64,000 bases of DNA from a virus. Lineage: Duplodnaviria > Caudoviricetes. The DNA lies in the IMG/VR virus record IMGVR_UViG_3300020048_000009, positions 64,001 through 128,000 of that record. One strand, given 5' to 3'. A model generated the notes under the pieces. It worked only from the letters and a program-made list of their open reading frames with translations. It was not told where the DNA came from and did not search any database. Numbering within the stretch: position 1 is the first letter of the stretch; every line of letters starts with the position of its first letter. Made by a program: the position numbers and the translations under genes. Below are positions 45,199 through 55,867 of the stretch, one piece after another.

Positions 45199-45477
45199 AT
45201 GTCTGAATTATCAAAAAGTAGAGTTGTTTGTGCCGCCTGTAGAAATAAAGCAGGAGTTATTGTTTGTGGTCCTAGACATTTAGATGGAACCATGAGGGCT
45301 TTGTTTACTTTAACGGGTGGAAGAGATGCTTGGCTTTCTTGTGAACAAGGTTTTGTAGATCAGCATGGTAAATTTCTTACCAGAGAAGAAGCCCATATTA
45401 TTGCAACAGAAAATAATCAATTTTATAGACATTGTGGCGGTGATAAAGAAACACTTTATTCTGAAAATCTTTATTAA
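45199..45477 (+). CDS. Conserved phage hypothetical protein
   Basis: VVCAA..GPRH..EQGFVDQHGKFLTREEA..LYSENLY, a pattern recalled from many phages. Confidence 0.7.
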   Translation: MSELSKSRVVCAACRNKAGVIVCGPRHLDGTMRALFTLTGGRDAWLSCEQGFVDQHGKFLTREEAHIIATENNQFYRHCGGDKETLYSENLY

Positions 45478-45886
45478 TAAGAGAAAAACATTATGAAAGA
45501 TAAAATGAATTGGATTTTTGTGGCTGTTTTGGTTACCTTTGGTATATTGTTTTATTTTCAGGGAATTCAATATTCTAATATAACTGAATTGGAAACTGAA
45601 TTTAAAGCGCATTCCCATCATATTGAAATAAATCTTGATACTGGTAGAGTAACAGAACATTATGAATAAAAAAGAAGATAGTGAACTTTTAATGTATTTT
45701 GAAAGAAGTAGTGGTTATCCTGGATATAGATGTCAAAGATGTGGAAAATGGGAATATCTACAAGACGCATCAAAGCATAAATGTCCAGAACAAACTTCTT
45801 CAAATAACAAATAAAGTTCAGTGTATATTGTGAAGTAAAATATGCATAATATGTATATTAATTGATTAAATGTAAGGAGTATAAAA

Positions 45887-46162
45887 ATGAAGGCATTGAA
45901 GGTCGTACTATGGGTTATGGTTATTTCTGGTGGTTTGCTATTTAGCAATATTTGGACAAACGCTCTAGAACCCCATGTTTTAGCTGATGCATCTATTGCC
46001 GCTGTTAATGGCAAGGATGGGGACGCAATGAAGCTTAATATACTTCAAACGAATAAGCATGTTGGGGCAAAGGTTGGTGGTGTTGTAATGATGATTGGTA
46101 TCATCGGAATTCTCTGGGTATTGTGCCCAAAGAAGGGTGAAGGTCAAAAGACGGTAGTATAA
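45887..46162 (+). CDS. Membrane protein upstream of SPFH gene
   Basis: Two TM helices; AAGGAG RBS. Confidence 0.7.
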   Translation: MKALKVVLWVMVISGGLLFSNIWTNALEPHVLADASIAAVNGKDGDAMKLNILQTNKHVGAKVGGVVMMIGIIGILWVLCPKKGEGQKTVV

Positions 46163-46192
46163 GTAATAACAATAAAAAGGAAAAGATTAAGT

Positions 46193-47275
46193 ATGAAGAA
46201 GAATATGTTTATGTATGGTATTATGGCGGCATGTATTGCAATGGTTACGGTAAATACGGGCTGTATTAAGCCTTATGATGTTCCTGAGTATGTTGATGTT
46301 AAGACGAGTGAAACGGCTTTTGTTATCAAGCTCGAGGGTGATAGCAGTAAGCAGGCAAAGTTTGATTCCGCAGAGAAGTTGGCTTCTAACAAGGTTGCTT
46401 CTAAGCGTATTCAGGTTACGCATCGTTGGAACCAGACGGGACGATGGGAGCATATTGGGGAATGGATTCCTGAAATTGCAGTAATTAAGGTTGATCGTTC
46501 GCCTGTAACGGTCCAATGGGAAAGTATTGAGACTGCGGGAAAATCAAAAGATAATGCAATTTGGGTAGAGTCTGCAGATTCTGTAGGATTTTCTATGGGA
46601 TTTTCTGTGACGGCATTTATTAAAGAGGAAAATGCGGCATTGTTCCTATATATGTATCCAACGGGTGGTCTTAAGGCTGTTATTGACAGTGAAGTAAGAG
46701 CTCGAATTCAACAGGTTGCGGCCGATGTTTCTTCTAAATATACTCTTGATAATCTAAGAGATAAGAAAGCAGAAATCTCGGACGGTGTACGAAAAGATAT
46801 TGTGCCCTTCTTCGAAACTCGTGGAATTACAATCACTACTGTCGGTATGTTCGGCGGTATGACATATGAAAATCCAAAGATTCAAGATGCCATCGATCAG
46901 ACGTTCATCGCTCAACAAGAAAAGGTTGTATCAAAAGCTATCCTTGATGCACAAGCTGATAAGAATAAGAAAATTGAGCTAGAAGCTGAAGCTAAGGCTA
47001 AAGCATCTGAAACTGAAGCTAAGGGTATTGCTAATGGTAACTTGCTAAAGGCAGAGGCTGAAGCTAAGGGCATTGAAGCGGTTAATCTTGCAATCGCTAA
47101 AGCTAATAACAACCCGATGCTAATTGAGCTTCGTAAGATTGAAGTCCAAAAGGCTCAAATGGAAAAGTGGTCAGGCAAGTATCCTGATACGGTTGTAGGT
47201 GATGGCGCAAATACATGGGTTGGCCTGTCATCTAATGTAGAAAAAGCAAATATTGTAAGTACTTCTACTAAGTAA
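46193..47275 (+). CDS. SPFH/band-7 (prohibitin-like) lipoprotein
   Basis: Lipobox-like TGC; band-7 core (FFETRGITIT..G), AEA-rich coiled coil, EKWSGKYP. Confidence 0.82.
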   Translation: MKKNMFMYGIMAACIAMVTVNTGCIKPYDVPEYVDVKTSETAFVIKLEGDSSKQAKFDSAEKLASNKVASKRIQVTHRWNQTGRWEHIGEWIPEIAVIKVDRSPVTVQWESIETAGKSKDNAIWVESADSVGFSMGFSVTAFIKEENAALFLYMYPTGGLKAVIDSEVRARIQQVAADVSSKYTLDNLRDKKAEISDGVRKDIVPFFETRGITITTVGMFGGMTYENPKIQDAIDQTFIAQQEKVVSKAILDAQADKNKKIELEAEAKAKASETEAKGIANGNLLKAEAEAKGIEAVNLAIAKANNNPMLIELRKIEVQKAQMEKWSGKYPDTVVGDGANTWVGLSSNVEKANIVSTSTK

Positions 47276-47285
47276 TACATATAAC

Positions 47286-47322
47286 AAAAAACCCATCGGA
47301 AATATTTCCGATGGGTTTTTCT
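47286..47322 (+). terminator. Intrinsic terminator
   Basis: AAAAACCCATCGGAAA/TTTCCGATGGGTTTTT. Confidence 0.8.
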
Positions 47323-47393
47323 CTTTTAATAGTGTATTATAGGGTTAAGATTATGTATAATAATTTTATTCAAGTTTAAATAAGGAGCGTCAA

Positions 47394-47954
47394 ATGAGTT
47401 ATGTTGATTGTATGAGAGATAATATTGATTGGGATTGTGTTGTTGGTTGGATTATTGCTATTTTATTTGTATCGTTTGTTGTATTTCTTATTGCTGGAGT
47501 AACAATATCTGGAATAAACGAACAAAAGGAATTTAAACGCCAATGTGTTATTCAAGATACTTTCTTTAAGGGAGAGCATGAACTTCAATGTTTAGGTAAT
47601 AAGAGTTCTATGTCTGGAAGCTTTACATATTCACGTTCTCTTTTCGGCGGAAGCGGTTCGGGTAGTATGACAGGAAGTGAAAGTGTTAAATTTATCTGGA
47701 AAAATGAAGACACAAGTATGCTTATTCCAACAGTTCTTCCTGTTAATAAAGTTAAAATAGTACTCTTAGGTAAAGATGATCCTAGAAAACCTTTTGTTCA
47801 GTTTGGATGTTGGTATTATACTCGTGATTATGGCGCATTTGAAAACAATTGGATGTCTAATGTTATTATTGCATATGTCTGTATTAAAGAAGAACAAGTA
47901 GATAATAACATTTATTTTAAATTAGACACTGATAATACAAACGTTGAAAGATAA
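47394..47954 (+). CDS. Membrane-anchored hypothetical protein
   Basis: One TM helix; AAGGAG RBS. Confidence 0.7.
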   Translation: MSYVDCMRDNIDWDCVVGWIIAILFVSFVVFLIAGVTISGINEQKEFKRQCVIQDTFFKGEHELQCLGNKSSMSGSFTYSRSLFGGSGSGSMTGSESVKFIWKNEDTSMLIPTVLPVNKVKIVLLGKDDPRKPFVQFGCWYYTRDYGAFENNWMSNVIIAYVCIKEEQVDNNIYFKLDTDNTNVER

Positions 47955-47965
47955 GGAGAAAGTTT

Positions 47966-48199
47966 ATGGAAGTTATATATTGGTTGGGATTGGTTTTATT
48001 TTGGCTGACGGCGATGATATTAGATGCATCATATGAATCTAAAGAAGGATGTGGTTATGACTTTGGTGAATTTATGGTTGGTGCTATGTTTATGTTAGCG
48101 CTTTCAGTGGTTTGGCCGGTTGTGATAATGCTTTTGATTTTTGTCGGATCGTTATATTGTTTATTTAAACTGTTAAAATTAATTTTTAAAATAAAATAA
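47966..48199 (+). CDS. Small membrane protein
   Basis: Two TM helices. Confidence 0.6.
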   Translation: MEVIYWLGLVLFWLTAMILDASYESKEGCGYDFGEFMVGAMFMLALSVVWPVVIMLLIFVGSLYCLFKLLKLIFKIK

Positions 48200-48214
48200 G
48201 GAGCGTATATAAAA

Positions 48215-48478
48215 ATGAACTGGAAATTCTGGAAGAAAGAGATTATAGAAGATGATCCCGTAGAAGAAGTTGTACCAAAAGTATGGGTCGTACGAGATCC
48301 TGTGACTATCATGAAGATTGCACAATTATGGGATGACATGATTAAAGCAGAAAGAACGGCTGTTACTACTATGGCTCTTAGATTATATTTAAGGGAAATT
48401 CTGGATATTGGTGATGCAAGTGTTTATGTTGCATTTAAAGCTCGCAGTATTCAAATTACAGAAAATTTGGAGGATTAA
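48215..48478 (+). CDS. Hypothetical protein
   Basis: AAGGAG RBS. Confidence 0.6.
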   Translation: MNWKFWKKEIIEDDPVEEVVPKVWVVRDPVTIMKIAQLWDDMIKAERTAVTTMALRLYLREILDIGDASVYVAFKARSIQITENLED

Positions 48479-48670
48479 AAAATGTTTAAGATTAAAAATT
48501 CTACGAAAGCTATCTTTTTTACATTGGGTTTGTGTCTTCTTACAGGAATAGCTGCTCAATGCTCATTGGTAAGTATTTCAGTAAGTCTTGGGTTTATGAC
48601 CGTTATCGCTTTTATTTTTTTTGGTGTATGTCTTACTAAAGAACTTGATGGACAAGATTAAAGGTTTATT

Positions 48671-48919
48671 ATGGGAAAATACCTAGTATTAGTTATAGCC
48701 GCTCTTTTAACAGGGTGCTCAACCTTTAAAGTTGATTCTATTGATTTAAATATATATGCAGAATCGGATTATGCTTTTATTAAAATCGGTTTAGTTTTCG
48801 GAAATACCCAATATAATCAGTATAATGAAGATTATTATATTGAAAGTATGCGGGATACTTTTAAAGGTAGGGGTAACGGCGGCGGATCTTCTGGGTGTTC
48901 AAATTGTTCTCTTAGATAG
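48671..48919 (+). CDS. Putative lipoprotein
   Basis: LLTGC lipobox. Confidence 0.6.
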   Translation: MGKYLVLVIAALLTGCSTFKVDSIDLNIYAESDYAFIKIGLVFGNTQYNQYNEDYYIESMRDTFKGRGNGGGSSGCSNCSLR

Positions 48920-48927
48920 GATATATT

Positions 48928-49314
48928 ATGAGTAAGTGTTCTATGATAGTTAGAAAGATTCCAAATAATAGTATTCGTATTACTTTGAGTCTTTTAAATT
49001 TTAGTATTCCAGAATTGAATACCATTCAAAACTGTAGAAAATTTGTTCTTGGCGGGTTTTGGCTTACTACTGAAGATTCTAAAATACAAGAGCAATTAAT
49101 TAATCTTTTTGGAGAGGATAATCTTGAATTGATTAATTGTAATGACGGAGAAGTGGATAGATATACTGGTTGTTTTGTAGATGGAGATGCTCTTAAATTA
49201 AATGAAGCCGAAGAATGGTATAATGGTTTAACTGAATATGAACAAAATAATGTTCAGGTTCTAATTAAAGAATGGGGTTTACACCCTGCAATGGCTTATC
49301 CAGCAATGGGCTAA
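48928..49314 (+). CDS. Hypothetical protein
   Basis: Co-oriented ORF. Confidence 0.6.
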   Translation: MSKCSMIVRKIPNNSIRITLSLLNFSIPELNTIQNCRKFVLGGFWLTTEDSKIQEQLINLFGEDNLELINCNDGEVDRYTGCFVDGDALKLNEAEEWYNGLTEYEQNNVQVLIKEWGLHPAMAYPAMG

Positions 49315-49329
49315 AAATAGGATAATATA

Positions 49330-49743
49330 ATGCCTAAAATACCAAATGATGTTTTCTATTCAGAGATTGCACAAACTATCGCTAAGCGTTCATATGCTAA
49401 ACGTAAGCAGGTGGGAGCTGTCGCAGTAAAGGATAATAATATAATAGCCTATGGCTACAATGGCATGCCAAGCGGTATGGATAACGTTTGTGAAGACCAA
49501 AATGGTGAGACTAAACCCGAAGTGCTTCATGCTGAATTAAACCTTATATGTAAATGTGCTAAAGCTGGAATTTCTTTAGAAGATTCTACAATATATATAA
49601 CACTCTCTCCCTGTATAAATTGTGCCAAATTGATTTTACAGTGTGGTATTAAAAATGTTTTCTATATTCAAGAGCATACTAATTTAGAAGGTATACATTT
49701 TCTAAAAAATAATGGTATTAATATCGAACAAATCTTGAAGTAG
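49330..49743 (+). CDS. cd: dCMP deaminase
   Basis: QVGAV..GYNGMPSG..HAELN..LSPCINCAKLI. Confidence 0.9.
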   Translation: MPKIPNDVFYSEIAQTIAKRSYAKRKQVGAVAVKDNNIIAYGYNGMPSGMDNVCEDQNGETKPEVLHAELNLICKCAKAGISLEDSTIYITLSPCINCAKLILQCGIKNVFYIQEHTNLEGIHFLKNNGINIEQILK

Positions 49744-49816
49744 TTTGGTGTATTTGCCTCTTAATTTTCAATATAATTATTATATTGAATGTTTAAATGT
49801 TTAAAGGAAAAACAAT

Positions 49817-50278
49817 ATGAAAAAGATTTTAGATGAATCAAAAGGCCAATGGGTAGCAGTCAAAAAGTTTAAAGATGTACAAGATGGCCAATTTATTAGG
49901 TACGTCTATGGTGATGGTGATAAATGTGGATATTCTGATAATGATAGAAGGGTTCTTCGCCTTAATGATGATGGCACCTTTGATACATTAATAAATGGTG
50001 AAAGTAATGCCGTTGGTGTATATAACTTCTTTAAGTTTTTTAACAACCTGGTTGTTGTGGAAGCCTTTATTGAATTTACTTTGGTGAATAAAACAGTAAA
50101 AGTATACATTGACGACTGTATGAATGGTAAGGGTTTTTGTTTTGAAGTAAAATTTGCATCCAAGATAGATACAATGACATGTTCAGGGAGTTATACCCTT
50201 AGGAGTTCTGCTATTAGAGCGGCTAAACGTTTTTGTGAAGATTTGGGTTTTAAATGTGAAATTGTAAAAGCAAAGTAA
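49817..50278 (+). CDS. Two-domain paralog family member C
   Basis: W.AV..DG.FIRY; Y..RSSAIRAAKRFC..LG. Confidence 0.7.
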   Translation: MKKILDESKGQWVAVKKFKDVQDGQFIRYVYGDGDKCGYSDNDRRVLRLNDDGTFDTLINGESNAVGVYNFFKFFNNLVVVEAFIEFTLVNKTVKVYIDDCMNGKGFCFEVKFASKIDTMTCSGSYTLRSSAIRAAKRFCEDLGFKCEIVKAK

Positions 50279-50292
50279 GAGGGAATTATATT

Positions 50293-51198
50293 ATGGGTTA
50301 CGCACATATTGAAAATTTATATAAGAATACATTGATTCTTCAGTTTAAGAAATGTTATGAGATGGAAAAGACTCATGGAACATCTGCACATATCAAGAGA
50401 AATAAAGACGGAACTATTACTTTTTCTTCAGGTGGAGCATCACATAATGTTTTCGTAAGTCTTTTTAATGAAGAGGAACTTAAAGCAAAGTTTATTGAAC
50501 ATTTCGGTGGTGTTAGTACTGTTACAATATATGGTGAAGCTTATGGTGGTAAGGAACAAGGAATGCGCCTTACTTATGGTGATAAGTTATGCTTTATTGT
50601 TTTTGATATTTCTGTTACCAATGATGACAAAGAACTTTGGCTAGATGTTCCAGTTGCTGCAGATTTTGCAGCTAAGATGGGATTAGAATTTACACCATAT
50701 TCAGAAATTGAAGCGACACTTGAGAATATCAATGCTGCTAGAGATAAACCCTCAGAGGTTGCCGTTCGTAGAGGATGTGGAAATAACGTAGATAAGTTTG
50801 GTTTTAATCCTCCTATTAGAGAGGGTACTGTACTTCGTCCTCTAATCCAAGTGGTTGATATGTATGGAAACCGTATTGTTTCTAAGCATAAAAGAGATGA
50901 ATTTTCTGAGAGAGCTCAAACCCCTAAAGTAGAAGATGCTGCTAAAATTAAGGTTTTAGAGGAAGCAACAGCTATCGCAGAGGAATGGGTTACTCCAATG
51001 CGTCTTGAGCATGTTCTTGATAAAATGGGGAACACTAGAGATTTGCAGAAAATTCCTCAGCTTATCGTGGCGATGATTGAAGATGTATACCGTGAAGGTA
51101 AGGGCGAAATTGTAGAAAATAAAGATGTAGAAAAAGCTATCGGCAAGAAGGCGGTTCATCTTTTCAAAACATTGGTGAAGACAGAAAATCTTAAGTAA
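50293..51198 (+). CDS. rnl2: RNA ligase, Rnl2 family
   Basis: EKTHGTS (motif I), YGEAYG, FIVFDI, REGTVLRP, SKHKRDEFSE. Confidence 0.82.
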   Translation: MGYAHIENLYKNTLILQFKKCYEMEKTHGTSAHIKRNKDGTITFSSGGASHNVFVSLFNEEELKAKFIEHFGGVSTVTIYGEAYGGKEQGMRLTYGDKLCFIVFDISVTNDDKELWLDVPVAADFAAKMGLEFTPYSEIEATLENINAARDKPSEVAVRRGCGNNVDKFGFNPPIREGTVLRPLIQVVDMYGNRIVSKHKRDEFSERAQTPKVEDAAKIKVLEEATAIAEEWVTPMRLEHVLDKMGNTRDLQKIPQLIVAMIEDVYREGKGEIVENKDVEKAIGKKAVHLFKTLVKTENLK

Positions 51199-51807
51199 AT
51201 GAATACTCTTAGATATAGATATTTTATAAATCATCCTGATAATAAGGATAAATGGAAAACCATTTTATTTATACGATATGACAATATCGATAGAAAGTGT
51301 TTATATTATCTAAATAATTCTCAATTGGAATCTAGAACAACCCTGGCTGGATATTCAATTGATGAATTACAAGAATTAGCATTACATAATAAGTTAGTAG
51401 AAGTAAAAATTAGAATATTCACTTATGCTGATGCTCCAATGTATTTAATTGAATCCATCAATAAAGAAAAGATGACACAAGTAATTTATTATCGTAGATA
51501 TGCCGATAGTTATACTAATATTGATGAAGATCAGCTTGAGTCTATTTTAAAGGAAATCGCCGAGAAAAGGTATACTGAAGTAACAGATAATACAGAAATT
51601 AATTTAGAACAATTATATCTGTATATTAATAAAAACGATCCACTTAGACAAGTATTAGTATCGCAGTCCAGATTAGCAGAAACACAAGAGATTTTTAGAA
51701 AATGTAACAATTCCTTATCTGAAAATTATATTGAAATTTTTCTTGGGGCTATTCATATATATAATGAATTTGCTATGACTAACTCACAAATAAGGAAATA
51801 TATTTAA
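51199..51807 (+). CDS. Hypothetical protein
   Basis: Coupled ORF. Confidence 0.65.
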   Translation: MNTLRYRYFINHPDNKDKWKTILFIRYDNIDRKCLYYLNNSQLESRTTLAGYSIDELQELALHNKLVEVKIRIFTYADAPMYLIESINKEKMTQVIYYRRYADSYTNIDEDQLESILKEIAEKRYTEVTDNTEINLEQLYLYINKNDPLRQVLVSQSRLAETQEIFRKCNNSLSENYIEIFLGAIHIYNEFAMTNSQIRKYI

Positions 51808-52196
51808 TGAAAACAAAAAGTAATTGGGAAAGAGTTGAAAATTCATCTTCACTTAAAATTGGAGATAGAGTAAGATACTGGAATAAAAAAGTAGTCTTTG
51901 GTAAAGATATTAAAGATAAAAGAATCGTTCGAAGTATTCATGCAAATGGTAGTGCAAGCAGCCAACATGCTAAAAATATTTTTGATTGGGCTAATGTAGA
52001 AGTTCTTAGAAAGAACCCGAAAGTTATTGAGTTCTTTATTGTCTATATGAATGATGAATGTTATTTTAATGCAAATATTGATAAGCCGTTTAATATTGCT
52101 ATTAAATCTAGACTTTATAAACATAAAAGAAGTTTAGTACGGGCAGCAAAACGTTTATGCGAAGTATTTGGATGCACATATAAGGAACTTAAGTAA
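51807..52196 (+). CDS. Two-domain paralog family member D
   Basis: W.RV...LKIGDRVRY; Y.HK..LVRAAKRLC..FG. Confidence 0.7.
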   Translation: MKTKSNWERVENSSSLKIGDRVRYWNKKVVFGKDIKDKRIVRSIHANGSASSQHAKNIFDWANVEVLRKNPKVIEFFIVYMNDECYFNANIDKPFNIAIKSRLYKHKRSLVRAAKRLCEVFGCTYKELK

Positions 52197-52206
52197 AGGA
52201 AATATT

Positions 52207-52569
52207 ATGTTTAGTATTATTATGCTGGTTTGTTCATTTATTATTGGGTGTTTGTGTTTAACTGATTATATGGCGACAATGCATCCTAATGGAGCATGCA
52301 ATATTTTTGGTGTATGTTTTATTGTGTTTTTATCAAGTATTATCATGACAATGATTGAACCAGTAAAAGAAATATCAACACCTGTAAAAATTCTACAGAT
52401 TTATAAAACCCCTGATAGAATGATTATTATTCATGAAAAGGGTGAAATTGTTACTAAAGATATTTCTATCTATACTGTAGATACTAATAATATTAGTATT
52501 GTTGAAAATGGTGGAAAAAATATATATGGTTGGAATACCCTATCTGATTTTCAAATTAAGGTTAAATAA
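52207..52569 (+). CDS. Membrane protein
   Basis: Two TM helices. Confidence 0.6.
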   Translation: MFSIIMLVCSFIIGCLCLTDYMATMHPNGACNIFGVCFIVFLSSIIMTMIEPVKEISTPVKILQIYKTPDRMIIIHEKGEIVTKDISIYTVDTNNISIVENGGKNIYGWNTLSDFQIKVK

Positions 52570-52732
52570 AATGGATGAAGAACTAAGACAAGTTTATTGG
52601 GATACTGTAAAAAATCAATTCTATTGGATTTCCTGGTTTGATACAGGAAATGGTGAAATACCAACAAGGCATTATATCCAGGTTGTTGTACAAAATTTAG
52701 TAAAATAGTATAATTTAAAATAAGGAACAATA

Positions 52733-53152
52733 ATGCTTCGAAAATTTAAAAAATGTGATGTTGTAGAATGGGTAAGCCAAAGTCATGGTACGTATACTTT
52801 TAAAGTGGGTACCGTTGTGGCAGTTATTCCACCAGAAGGTTTTCCACAGGATTATCTTCAAGGCATATATAAAGCTAGGTCCTTTGGTTTTACTAGAAAC
52901 CATGAATCATATTTAATTCAAGAAGTGAATAAGTCTTATGTTTCATGGCCGCTTGTTAAGAATCTTAAACCTTCTTTCCATAGAACATTCGATTGTACTA
53001 AAGAAAGAATGGAAGAACTAAATTTAATTATGTATCGAGAGAGGGCAGAAGAAGCATTATATGCATGTCTTGATAAAGTGAATAGTTCTTCTAATAAGAA
53101 AGCTCTTGAACAAGTTAAAAAGTATTACGACTATATAGAAAAAGCACTTTAA
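52733..53152 (+). CDS. Hypothetical protein, SH3-like N-terminus
   Basis: AAGGA RBS. Confidence 0.65.
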   Translation: MLRKFKKCDVVEWVSQSHGTYTFKVGTVVAVIPPEGFPQDYLQGIYKARSFGFTRNHESYLIQEVNKSYVSWPLVKNLKPSFHRTFDCTKERMEELNLIMYRERAEEALYACLDKVNSSSNKKALEQVKKYYDYIEKAL

Positions 53153-53160
53153 GGAAAATT

Positions 53161-53634
53161 ATGCGTACAATTGGAATGAGTTCACAATTATTTGAGTTTC
53201 TAAAAGAAAATGAAAAAGGTGGAGTCGCCTTTAGCTTTTGGCCTAAAAAGTTTCAATCTGAATTTGAAAATTTTAAAGAAAAAGATCCAACTCTTTTTAA
53301 AGTTTTTGGTTCACAGGGATGGCATCAATGTGATAATATATTTTGTTTAGACTCTTCTGTTTATTCTATATGTTCAGATGTAGACTTAAAAGAATCAAAA
53401 GATTATTGGTATTATGTTCCTATTAAAAGGGAATACGCTGAACTTTGTCATAACATCTATGAAATTATGATAAAGGATATGACCACTCCCAATTGCGGTA
53501 TCGTTAAAATTCCTATAACATGGGCACCTTCATTTGAAGGATTTGCAGGATATGAACATGAAAAAAATCCTGGAGAGTTTCTTTCAAATATTGATTATAC
53601 TTTAGGTAAAGTTACACGGGTTAGATTTGTTTAA
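53161..53634 (+). CDS. Hypothetical protein
   Basis: AAGGA RBS. Confidence 0.65.
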   Translation: MRTIGMSSQLFEFLKENEKGGVAFSFWPKKFQSEFENFKEKDPTLFKVFGSQGWHQCDNIFCLDSSVYSICSDVDLKESKDYWYYVPIKREYAELCHNIYEIMIKDMTTPNCGIVKIPITWAPSFEGFAGYEHEKNPGEFLSNIDYTLGKVTRVRFV

Positions 53635-53983
53635 AATGAATACTGATTTAAAAATTATATGGGTTGGTGATAAAAATTTTTCAAAAGACGGGTTTCCTTT
53701 ATATATAGGATATGTAGAGGATAAACCTATCTATGAGGTTTTAGATACTCTTGATGGTATTATTGCCATGTTTGAAGGGGTTTATCTAAAAGATAGAATT
53801 TTAGTTTCTATTAAATCAGATGTAACTTATCCATTTTATTATAATTCTATAGCTGATGCAAAGATAGAGTGTCAAAAACATTTAGATACTTTTGGAAAAG
53901 ATGCAACTGTTAATATGAGATTACAGCATAAAATTAATTTATCAGAAAAAATTAAAAATTTTTGGGGAAAATTCAGAGGCTAA
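53627..53983 (+). CDS. Hypothetical protein
   Basis: Coupled ORF. Confidence 0.6.
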   Translation: MFKMNTDLKIIWVGDKNFSKDGFPLYIGYVEDKPIYEVLDTLDGIIAMFEGVYLKDRILVSIKSDVTYPFYYNSIADAKIECQKHLDTFGKDATVNMRLQHKINLSEKIKNFWGKFRG

Positions 53984-53989
53984 AAATTA

Positions 53990-54232
53990 ATGAAAATTGT
54001 AGTTAATAAAGGCTGTACTTCTGATTCTATTATTATAGATGGTAAAAATATAAATGATTTGAATGAATCAGATATTCTAGATTATCTTTTACCAAAAGTT
54101 AAAGAAGCTTGTTTAAATAATCAATTTAGTATTAGAGAGATTATTGAACTTTTTCAATATGATGATGAAGTAGATCTGGGATATTGTGAAACATGTTTCG
54201 ATAATGCTTACAGTATAACATATAATATTTAA
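53990..54232 (+). CDS. Hypothetical protein (CETC)
   Basis: Co-oriented ORF. Confidence 0.6.
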   Translation: MKIVVNKGCTSDSIIIDGKNINDLNESDILDYLLPKVKEACLNNQFSIREIIELFQYDDEVDLGYCETCFDNAYSITYNI

Positions 54233-54308
54233 AAAATATGGTGTATAATATTTTAAAGTTATACTATCATATATACATAACGTAAACACAAACAAGGAAC
54301 AAATTAAT

Positions 54309-55442
54309 ATGCCACATTATCTTATTTCAGGTAATACAGTAAGAATTATTGCAGAAGAAGCTATCAATGTTAAGACGGTTCTTCCTCTTGGAACATATAC
54401 CGTTGAAATTAATCCTATGTCACAAGAACTCTTTCTTCAGAAGGCACAGGGTTTTGATAAGCCTACTCGGGTATATGGTGAAGCTGAAAAGCATTCAGAT
54501 CGTATTATTAATACTTTTGAAAGCCGTGCAAAAAATACAGGCGTTCTATTAAATGGTGAGAAGGGTTCTGGAAAAACCTTCTTGGCTAAATATATTTCTT
54601 GGAAGCTTCACACTAAGGGATATTCAACCATTCTTATTAATGCTGAATATAATACGGTTGCATTGTCACAATTGATTCAAACTATTTCTGAACCCTGTTT
54701 AATCATTTTTGATGAATTTGAAAAGGTTTATTCTAAAAATGATATGGATGACGAGAAGGATCCACAAAACGGTCTTCTAACACTTCTTGATGGTTTGCTT
54801 GTTACCAAGAAATTATTCATCTTTACTTGTAATGATGAACATAAGGTTTCAGGTATGATGCAAAACCGTCCTGGTCGTATTTTCTATAATATCGCTTTCG
54901 GTGGCCTTTCTACAGAAACTGTTGAAATGTATTGCCGGGAAAAGCTTACGAACGATAAGCATCTCAAAGAAATTCTGAACATGAAGAAGCTTTTCGGCAA
55001 GTTTACTTTCGATATGCTTCAAGCTCTTGTAGAAGAAGTTAATCGTTATGATGAAAATCCTCTAGAAGTTGTTAAGCTGATGAACATTATCCCAACTATT
55101 GAAAATCAATATTACCATGTTGCGGTGACATCTGTTATCGATAATACTAAATATTGTACAAATATGGATACAGATAGTGACGGCATCTGGGCAAATGCTT
55201 ATAATACACGGGTCGCCTCAATATATATCTGGGAAAAGCCAGTTAAAACAACAGATGATGACAATGCAGCAGAAGATATAAAGAAAATTCGTATCAATAT
55301 TGGTATCAATAATATGATAGAACAAGACGGAAATGTTTATACATATCTTATTGATAAGACTTACAAAGTGGTCTTAACCTTAAATGAAGGTGCTAATAAT
55401 AGATCAATGTGGCGTTTTGCTGATCCGTATATGGCATTTTAA
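54309..55442 (+). CDS. AAA+ ATPase
   Basis: Walker A GEKGSGKT, Walker B IIFDEFEK, sensor FTCN, NRPGR. Confidence 0.9.
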   Translation: MPHYLISGNTVRIIAEEAINVKTVLPLGTYTVEINPMSQELFLQKAQGFDKPTRVYGEAEKHSDRIINTFESRAKNTGVLLNGEKGSGKTFLAKYISWKLHTKGYSTILINAEYNTVALSQLIQTISEPCLIIFDEFEKVYSKNDMDDEKDPQNGLLTLLDGLLVTKKLFIFTCNDEHKVSGMMQNRPGRIFYNIAFGGLSTETVEMYCREKLTNDKHLKEILNMKKLFGKFTFDMLQALVEEVNRYDENPLEVVKLMNIIPTIENQYYHVAVTSVIDNTKYCTNMDTDSDGIWANAYNTRVASIYIWEKPVKTTDDDNAAEDIKKIRINIGINNMIEQDGNVYTYLIDKTYKVVLTLNEGANNRSMWRFADPYMAF

Positions 55443-55445
55443 TCT

Positions 55446-55475
55446 CAACGGGGAGTGTTTAAACGCTCCCCGTTG
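55446..55475 (+). terminator. Stem-loop after AAA gene
   Basis: CAACGGGGAGTG-ttta-AACGCTCCCCGTTG. Confidence 0.6.
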
Positions 55476-55552
55476 CATTAGGTTGAAGATATAAGTAATG
55501 TATACGTCTTATTGTCAATGATTCAACATGGTTCAAATATGGAGGTATTGAT

Positions 55553-55867
55553 ATGTTTGGATTTAATACCGAAGATAAATTAGAATATGCTAGACTATTA
55601 GATGAAATTGGAGAAGACTATTGTCCTGCTGGAAATTATTGTATCTTTAAAATATTTCTAGTTAATGCACATCCCTCTAGAAGATTATTAGTACAATTAA
55701 AATGTATGGATAGATTTAAATACATTAGAAGTAAAGATTCTGGTATTGATATAGGTTGGGATATTACAATGACGTTATGGATAGATGAAGGACATGCTAA
55801 GAAATTTGCAGAAGTTTATTCTGATTTTAAATCAGATAAAGTAATTTTTAAAGAGATGTTCGGCTAA
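55553..55867 (+). CDS. Hypothetical protein
   Basis: GGAGG RBS. Confidence 0.7.
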   Translation: MFGFNTEDKLEYARLLDEIGEDYCPAGNYCIFKIFLVNAHPSRRLLVQLKCMDRFKYIRSKDSGIDIGWDITMTLWIDEGHAKKFAEVYSDFKSDKVIFKEMFG

